NCBI GenBank assembly: GCA_039980135.1
Contig: JBDXCV010000009.1
Span: forward strand, 131,854-195,853
Length of the DNA stretch: 64,000 bases
Direction: 5' to 3'
Source of the DNA: Alphaproteobacteria bacterium
GTDB taxonomy: Bacteria > Pseudomonadota > Alphaproteobacteria > UBA6615
This document shows positions 58,927 through 64,000 of the stretch, in pieces. The notes under the pieces were generated by a model. That model did not search any database, was not told the DNA's origin, and was given only the letters and a program-made list of their open reading frames with translations. Position 1 is the first letter of the stretch, and each line of letters begins with the position of its first letter. A program made the position numbers and the translations under genes.

Positions 58927-59760
58927 CTAGGCTGCCTGCCGGGTTGCCTTAACCCGACGGAGCGCTTCATCGCGGCAATTCAGAAGTATCTTGTCAGTCT
59001 CCTGATCCGACAGCGACTCGAAAAGCACACCGCTTCCCCGAAGGTTCAGGGCCTTCATGAATTCGCGAAAAGTGGCTTCAGTCCCGTAAACATCCGGCTG
59101 GCTTCGCATCGTCCGAATAATTCCGCGCAACAGGCTCGCCCGGTTACTGAGTATCGGACGTTCGACAAGGTTCGAACGGATGTCCGCACTTCTCAGCAAC
59201 TCTGCCAGCATCGTCACCTGATCCTCAGGGTCTACGCGCCACGCAATGTACGCGTTCCACCAGAGACGGGATATGGCGTTGTCGTCACGGTAACCTGTTC
59301 GTCCGCGTGCAAAGTAATGATTTTCAACTTGGCTGATATTGTCGTGCAGAATCCTCATTCGCTGTTCTGCGACCTTTTCATTCGATCCCACAAGGTTGCT
59401 CAGCAGATTGTTCGGTTCCTTCGGTTCATCCTTCAGTGGCCAACGTTTCCGGACGTAACCAAGGCATTCGAAATGTGTCAGGCGGCTCCAGATACGCTCT
59501 TCGGTCGCGAGCGCCGGGGTCATCCCTTCGAAAGCGTTGAAAACAATCATGGAGTTGCTGACTTCAGCGGCACTTCCACCGGCCGGGTCGAGCTTGCCGA
59601 GTTTCTCCGGATCGACCTCAACAGAAGATAATTCCATCGCCCAACCATTCAGATCAGCGCAGTCGTCAAAGCCTGAACTGCGATAACGCTCAAGGTTCGA
59701 AGGGACGTTGGCTTTCAGGTCCGCGAGGATACTTTCCGCTACGTACTTTAGTTTAGGCAT
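58927..59760 (-). CDS. hypothetical protein, distal gene of GHKL-ATPase operon
   Basis: 277 aa. No recognisable motifs beyond a possible Rx4H (RMRILH). Overlaps the upstream gene by 8 nt. Confidence 0.5.
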   Translation of the reverse strand: MPKLKYVAESILADLKANVPSNLERYRSSGFDDCADLNGWAMELSSVEVDPEKLGKLDPAGGSAAEVSNSMIVFNAFEGMTPALATEERIWSRLTHFECLGYVRKRWPLKDEPKEPNNLLSNLVGSNEKVAEQRMRILHDNISQVENHYFARGRTGYRDDNAISRLWWNAYIAWRVDPEDQVTMLAELLRSADIRSNLVERPILSNRASLLRGIIRTMRSQPDVYGTEATFREFMKALNLRGSGVLFESLSDQETDKILLNCRDEALRRVKATRQAA

Positions 59761-60598
59761 TGTCCGTCAGCTCCATGAATGCTCCACCAAGCTTCTCGAC
59801 CGGGGAGCCGAGAAGCCTTTGTGCACTTTCCAGCAGGGGCGCCTGTTCAATATCAATCCCGAGGTGTTCGCACTTCGCTGAAAAAACCCGGTACCAGGGC
59901 CGGTCCTCGAACCCGGAATCTCCCTGTCCGCGGATGCTTTCCAGAACTTCCATCACGACCGGCATGTAGACTGCACTCAACAATACAGGCTTGCCTCCTC
60001 TGGTTCCGCGCATCTGTTCGATCGACTTGAACAGATCGAGCGGTGCAAGAATGCGGATTGCATCTGCCAACAGGTCCAGCTTCAGCCTGCCTTTGGGAAT
60101 ATCGTCGGAAGGAACAAGCTCAAAAATGCTCTCAAATTTCCGGAGCTTGTCCTGCCCGATGTGGAAGACGGTGTCGTTGGCGAGGCCAATGATTTCGGAC
60201 CCGCGGATCGAAACGGCGCCACCAAATTCTGGGTTTAGGTTCTCCGCTTGCCAGTCCTTCAGTGGCCTGGCGAGCCAGATCGCCGGCTTTGCCTCGACAC
60301 GTCCATAGAGGGATCCACGATCAAAACGCCAGGTTCCTGTCGTCTCGTCTATGGCCCGAAGTTCCGAATAGAAGGTGTCCTGACACCGAATAAAAGCGCC
60401 CACGCGCGCGGTACCGTCATCTACCAGAGCCTGCACGTCGGATGACGCGAGCGACACAGCGAAATCAACCTCCACATTACCGTCGGTAGACTCACGAACT
60501 TCAGCGATCTGAAGATCAAAGCTACCGCTGAGAAAATCATCATTACCATCACTCAGAACCGGATGCGGGAAATGGCTGTTCAGATCGATTTTCATCAA
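59753..60598 (-). CDS. hypothetical protein, middle gene of GHKL-ATPase operon
   Basis: 281 aa. Overlaps the upstream ATPase gene by 4 nt. No recognisable family from sequence alone. Confidence 0.5.
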   Translation of the reverse strand: MMKIDLNSHFPHPVLSDGNDDFLSGSFDLQIAEVRESTDGNVEVDFAVSLASSDVQALVDDGTARVGAFIRCQDTFYSELRAIDETTGTWRFDRGSLYGRVEAKPAIWLARPLKDWQAENLNPEFGGAVSIRGSEIIGLANDTVFHIGQDKLRKFESIFELVPSDDIPKGRLKLDLLADAIRILAPLDLFKSIEQMRGTRGGKPVLLSAVYMPVVMEVLESIRGQGDSGFEDRPWYRVFSAKCEHLGIDIEQAPLLESAQRLLGSPVEKLGGAFMELTDNA

Positions 60599-62499
60599 CT
60601 CGCCCTCCGCACAGCATAAACCTCAACCGGGCCGGTATAGTCGTCATCGAAAGTTACTTCGATCTCGACGCGCGCGCCCTGGTCAACGTTTAGTTCGACG
60701 CGTCCGTGTTTCGCCGCACATTTCTTCGCTCCGGAGGCGGTTTCCACTCTGAGTTCGGTCTCGTAGAAGACGCCTGTTGCAAGAAATGTAAGCTCTATGT
60801 CGCCAGCTTCATCAGGAGTGAAAAAGACTTTCCTGACCTTCGCACTCTTCTCAACATTTCGTACTGTCGTAAGGCGCACGTCTGGTTTTTGCCCCCAGGT
60901 GCCATCGCCACCTTCTCCGGAACCTGAACCATCGCCTTGTCCGTCTGTGCCAGCACCGCCACCTCCATCGTCGTGGCCTGCGCCGCCTTCATCACCTTCA
61001 CCATGTGGAGCCACGGGCTTGATAGGTTTTGGCCTGACGCGTTTCGTCGGTTTAAAGCTGATCGTTTCAGGATCGTCTTCAGCTGAGGGAATTTTGGCCT
61101 CTTCGCTTCCTGCGTCAGCAAAGAACTCGCCGAGCTCATCGAGTTTGGTCGCATCCCCTCCAGTGATTTCCGCGTTTTCCTGGATCATGGTGCGGATCTC
61201 ACGGATCAGCCGCTTCATTGCCCGGGTGACATTTTTTTGTTTTTTGGGATTATCAAGGCGTCCTGGTGAAAAGGCGTTGTGCTGCGGGTTCTCCAGAGAC
61301 TTCAAAACCTTGCTGGCCTCATCATCAGCCGGCTCGACCAGCATGATAAAATCCCGTGCACCCGGGAATCTTGCGAATTTATCTCCGAAGTGTTCGAGTG
61401 ATTGGGCGATCAGCATACCGTTGCGAACGATTGCGACACGCTTGGGCATGCCCTCTTTAACGAGGATCTTTGCCTTGAACTCACCGAGATCGTCGACTTG
61501 AAACCTCTTTGTAACAGCCTCGTCTGATTTGCGGCAGCGATAGATCTGCCCGGCAAGGCGAAAATCATCACCATGTGAGGCCTCTTCGGCCACTTTTTCA
61601 ATGGCTGCGTCATCGAGCAGTGATGCGAGATTCTCACCGTTGACGATGCGCGCACCATCTCCAACTTCGAATTCGATATCGCCGTCGTCGACTGCCACAA
61701 AAAAATTTGACAGAAGCGGGACCGTCATGCGGTCGACCCAGTCTTCGCGCCCTCGGAAACCGACAGAAAAGACGGAGGTGCCCTTGCTGTCGCGCTTGAG
61801 CCATTCAGGAACCAGGTCCGGCTCCTCAACCGCCGCGAAGTGACCCGGGTGGCCCCAGTAGCCCTTCGCGGTTCGCTCTACACCGGCGGCATCCCGATGT
61901 GAAACGAGTTGCACCTTACCCTGAAGTGCGAACTTAAGATCGTTCGCGGGTCCATAGAGTGTGGAATAGAAAACAGTTCGAAGGTCGGAAACTGCAAAGG
62001 TTGCGTTCTTCCCAATTCCGAACGAACCACCCGACGTGTCCGTAGGCTTGTCGCTCTTGCCGGAGCTTTTCACGAGTGCGTGAAAATTTGATTCGGCGCT
62101 GTTTGGAGGGCCCTCCAACCCTGTCGTGTTGAAATCGGCGATTTCTAGGACCGGAATGACGTCGCTCGAGACAACATCATATGCATTCTCGAAATAGTCC
62201 CGGTCTTTCTCGCTTCCTGTCGCACGGGCAGCTTCCAGGCATGACGAAATGGTCTCCCTCAGTTTGTCGATGCCGGGAATTTCGTCCGCAGGCACTTTGT
62301 GCTCTCGAAGCACCATCCGGACAGGCCGACTGTCTGCGGCATCTAGCGTGTTCTGGCCCGCTTCGCGGCTACAGCTAACGAAAGGTGTGTCGCGAAATGT
62401 CTCGATGCCGGCATGCCCAAGCCCCTCGACCTCGCCCGCCTGATTTTCAAGAAACTCCAGCCGTACGTCCGTCATTTCAACCAGTCCCCGTTTCATCAA
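60595..62499 (-). CDS. MutL/MORC-type GHKL (Bergerat-fold) ATPase with Gly/Asp-rich linker and C-terminal domain
   Basis: GHKL motif I ExxxNxxDA (REAGQNTLDA). Motif II D-x-N-x-x-G-L (DFNTTGL). Motif III GGSFGIGKNATFAVS. Motif IV GTSV. Low-complexity HGEGDEGGAGHDDGGGGAGTDGQGDGSGSGEGGDG linker, then a ~90 aa C-terminal domain. Confidence 0.7.
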   Translation of the reverse strand: MMKRGLVEMTDVRLEFLENQAGEVEGLGHAGIETFRDTPFVSCSREAGQNTLDAADSRPVRMVLREHKVPADEIPGIDKLRETISSCLEAARATGSEKDRDYFENAYDVVSSDVIPVLEIADFNTTGLEGPPNSAESNFHALVKSSGKSDKPTDTSGGSFGIGKNATFAVSDLRTVFYSTLYGPANDLKFALQGKVQLVSHRDAAGVERTAKGYWGHPGHFAAVEEPDLVPEWLKRDSKGTSVFSVGFRGREDWVDRMTVPLLSNFFVAVDDGDIEFEVGDGARIVNGENLASLLDDAAIEKVAEEASHGDDFRLAGQIYRCRKSDEAVTKRFQVDDLGEFKAKILVKEGMPKRVAIVRNGMLIAQSLEHFGDKFARFPGARDFIMLVEPADDEASKVLKSLENPQHNAFSPGRLDNPKKQKNVTRAMKRLIREIRTMIQENAEITGGDATKLDELGEFFADAGSEEAKIPSAEDDPETISFKPTKRVRPKPIKPVAPHGEGDEGGAGHDDGGGGAGTDGQGDGSGSGEGGDGTWGQKPDVRLTTVRNVEKSAKVRKVFFTPDEAGDIELTFLATGVFYETELRVETASGAKKCAAKHGRVELNVDQGARVEIEVTFDDDYTGPVEVYAVRRAS

Positions 62500-62723
62500 A
62501 TCCGAAAGGAATCATCGTCAGCTTTCTCGCCACGAGAAAATCGACCTTTTGCAATTTCGAGTTCTTTTTGTAACGCGCGGAACATTTTTCGGATGTCCTC
62601 TTCGGTGAACTCGTATGCGGAGCGGTTCGAAAGATTACCGATTAGTTTGAGGTCCTTGATTGCCCGGTTGACCCTGTTCTCCGCGAGTTCGATGAACTTC
62701 GCCCTCTTGTCTCGTTCCGGCAT
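62496..62723 (-). CDS. small hypothetical protein, first gene of island operon
   Basis: 75 aa, predicted helical and charged. Overlaps the ATPase start by 4 nt. Sits immediately downstream of an AT-rich promoter region. Confidence 0.4.
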   Translation of the reverse strand: MPERDKRAKFIELAENRVNRAIKDLKLIGNLSNRSAYEFTEEDIRKMFRALQKELEIAKGRFSRGEKADDDSFRI

Positions 62724-62880
62724 GTAAATATCAGTCCCATTTTTCTAATATGACGATATTATAATATTCATTTGTCATATTTCAAGCAATATATTCTATA
62801 TATTTCACATAATATAGATACATCATTCTTCTTATATGACATAAAAATCATATATCATTTATTTTGTAGTATTCTGCGCT
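62724..62880. promoter_or_regulatory. AT-rich promoter region of island operon with inverted repeat AATATGAC-N18-GTCATATT and additional TATGACA copies
   Basis: A very AT-rich stretch in an otherwise GC-rich window. Inverted repeat at 62748–62755 / 62774–62781. TATGACA recurs at 62834–62840. Confidence 0.4.
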
Positions 62881-63260
62881 CCTTGTGCGACGCACTGGAG
62901 GTTGCATACGGCGCCAGACGCTGCACCAGTACTTTGGGGCACCAGAGGGGGTGTGGCGGGGTCAGCGGGTACAAAGCCCCAATCGATGCCGCTTGCTAAC
63001 CGGATTTGGCGAAGGCGGCAGGATTTCAAGTGAAATTCAAACTCCGAACGGTTTGACCCGCACGCAATTCCATCCCTGTCTCCATCCTGACGATGAGGGA
63101 CTCCCGGCCCTATCCGTTCGATACAGCCCTGCGTTTAACGCCGCGTATTGAAAACTCTTCAGTTCCGACTAGGCAATCGAGCCCCGACAGTGACAACGAC
63201 CAATTGTCGACGAGCAACTACGATGTTCAACATTCGGGGAAATTACCTCATAGGTTAGCC

Positions 63261-64000
63261 CTACCCCACAATCACCCCAGGGTTCAGCACCCCCTTCGGG
63301 TCCAGCCGCTTTTTCGCATCCGCCACCACATCGCCGAACAGCGCCGGGCGCTGCTGCTCGTACCATTTCTGGTGGTCGCGCCCCACGGCGTGATGGTGGG
63401 TGATGGTGCCGCCATTGGCGATCAGCGCGTCCGAGCAACGCGTCTTGATCTCCTGCCACTGGGCCAGCATCGCTTTGCCGTCCGGATCGCCCGGCGCGTG
63501 GAACGCGAAATAGGGCGCCGGGCCGTCCGGGTAGGCGTGGCTGAAGCGGCATGACACCGCCCCGTCATGGCCGGTCACGTCGCGGATGGCCGCCTGGGTC
63601 GCAGCCTTGATGGCGTTGTAGAATTCCTCGAACCGGTCCCAGGTGATCGCGGTCTCGAAGGTGTCGGAGATGATGCCCCGCGGGGTCAGCTGCTCGCGGT
63701 TATAGGGCATGCGGATGAAGGCCGTGCGCCACGCGCCGACCGCGCCCTGCAGATGGGCCTCCGGGTTATCGCGCCATTCCACGTCCACCACGGCGCCGTG
63801 ATCGAGGCAGCATTGCTCGGCGCGTTCCATCCACGCGTCCACCGGGTGATCCGCGCTCTCGAACGAGACGACCATCAACGTGAAACTGCCGTCGCCCGCG
63901 CCGTTCACCTTGAGTTCCGTGCCGTCGACGATGCGGACGTTGGCCGGGAACAGCCCGGCATGGGAGACGGCGCGCACGGCCCGCGCGGCGTCGAAGAAGT
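63261..64000 (-). CDS. FAD-linked oxidase, C-terminal part (alkyl-DHAP synthase/GlcD-like); 5' end beyond window
   Basis: C-terminal GGTITHHHAVGRDH motif of FAD-linked oxidases. High GC. The ORF runs to the window edge. Confidence 0.65.
   Translation of the reverse strand, partial: FFDAARAVRAVSHAGLFPANVRIVDGTELKVNGAGDGSFTLMVVSFESADHPVDAWMERAEQCCLDHGAVVDVEWRDNPEAHLQGAVGAWRTAFIRMPYNREQLTPRGIISDTFETAITWDRFEEFYNAIKAATQAAIRDVTGHDGAVSCRFSHAYPDGPAPYFAFHAPGDPDGKAMLAQWQEIKTRCSDALIANGGTITHHHAVGRDHQKWYEQQRPALFGDVVADAKKRLDPKGVLNPGVIVG

Noticed and set aside
1-64000. tRNA, rRNA and CRISPR arrays
   Set aside because: No T-loop GGTTCGAATCC-like motifs in cloverleaf context, no rRNA-like conserved blocks and no regularly spaced direct repeats were seen. 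The family A/B repeats are palindromic and irregularly spaced, not CRISPR-like.

Overview
High-GC (alphaproteobacterium-like) chromosomal segment carrying mostly housekeeping and catabolic genes. Recognisable genes include msrA, an SRAP/YedK peptidase, nrdAB, a DASS/TrkA-C permease, a bicupin, an AmmeMemoRadiSam set with a MEMO1-AMMECR1 fusion, a CoxL-type molybdenum hydroxylase, cysQ, a Sua5-type tsaC, speH-speE, the glyoxylate-shunt cluster aceA–ramB-like regulator–glcB, tandem haloalkane dehalogenases, a multicopper-oxidase/ZIP/MntR metal operon, gabD and several LLM monooxygenases. Two things stand out. First, a family of at least 10 miniature inverted-repeat (MITE/REP-like) intergenic elements with CGTCATG…CATGACG termini, plus a second GGGCGGG-stem hairpin family at gene 3' ends. 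Second, a low-GC island of roughly 6.5 kb (about 56.7–63.25 kb) that begins at a truncated copy of the repeat element. The island carries a divergent Vsr/Dcm pair and, convergent on Dcm, a four-gene operon: a small protein, a MutL/MORC-type GHKL ATPase, and two proteins with no recognisable family. I interpret this operon as a poorly characterised MORC-like restriction or defence module. Many long antisense ORFs in the six-frame track are GC-driven artifacts. No rRNA, tRNA or CRISPR array was seen.
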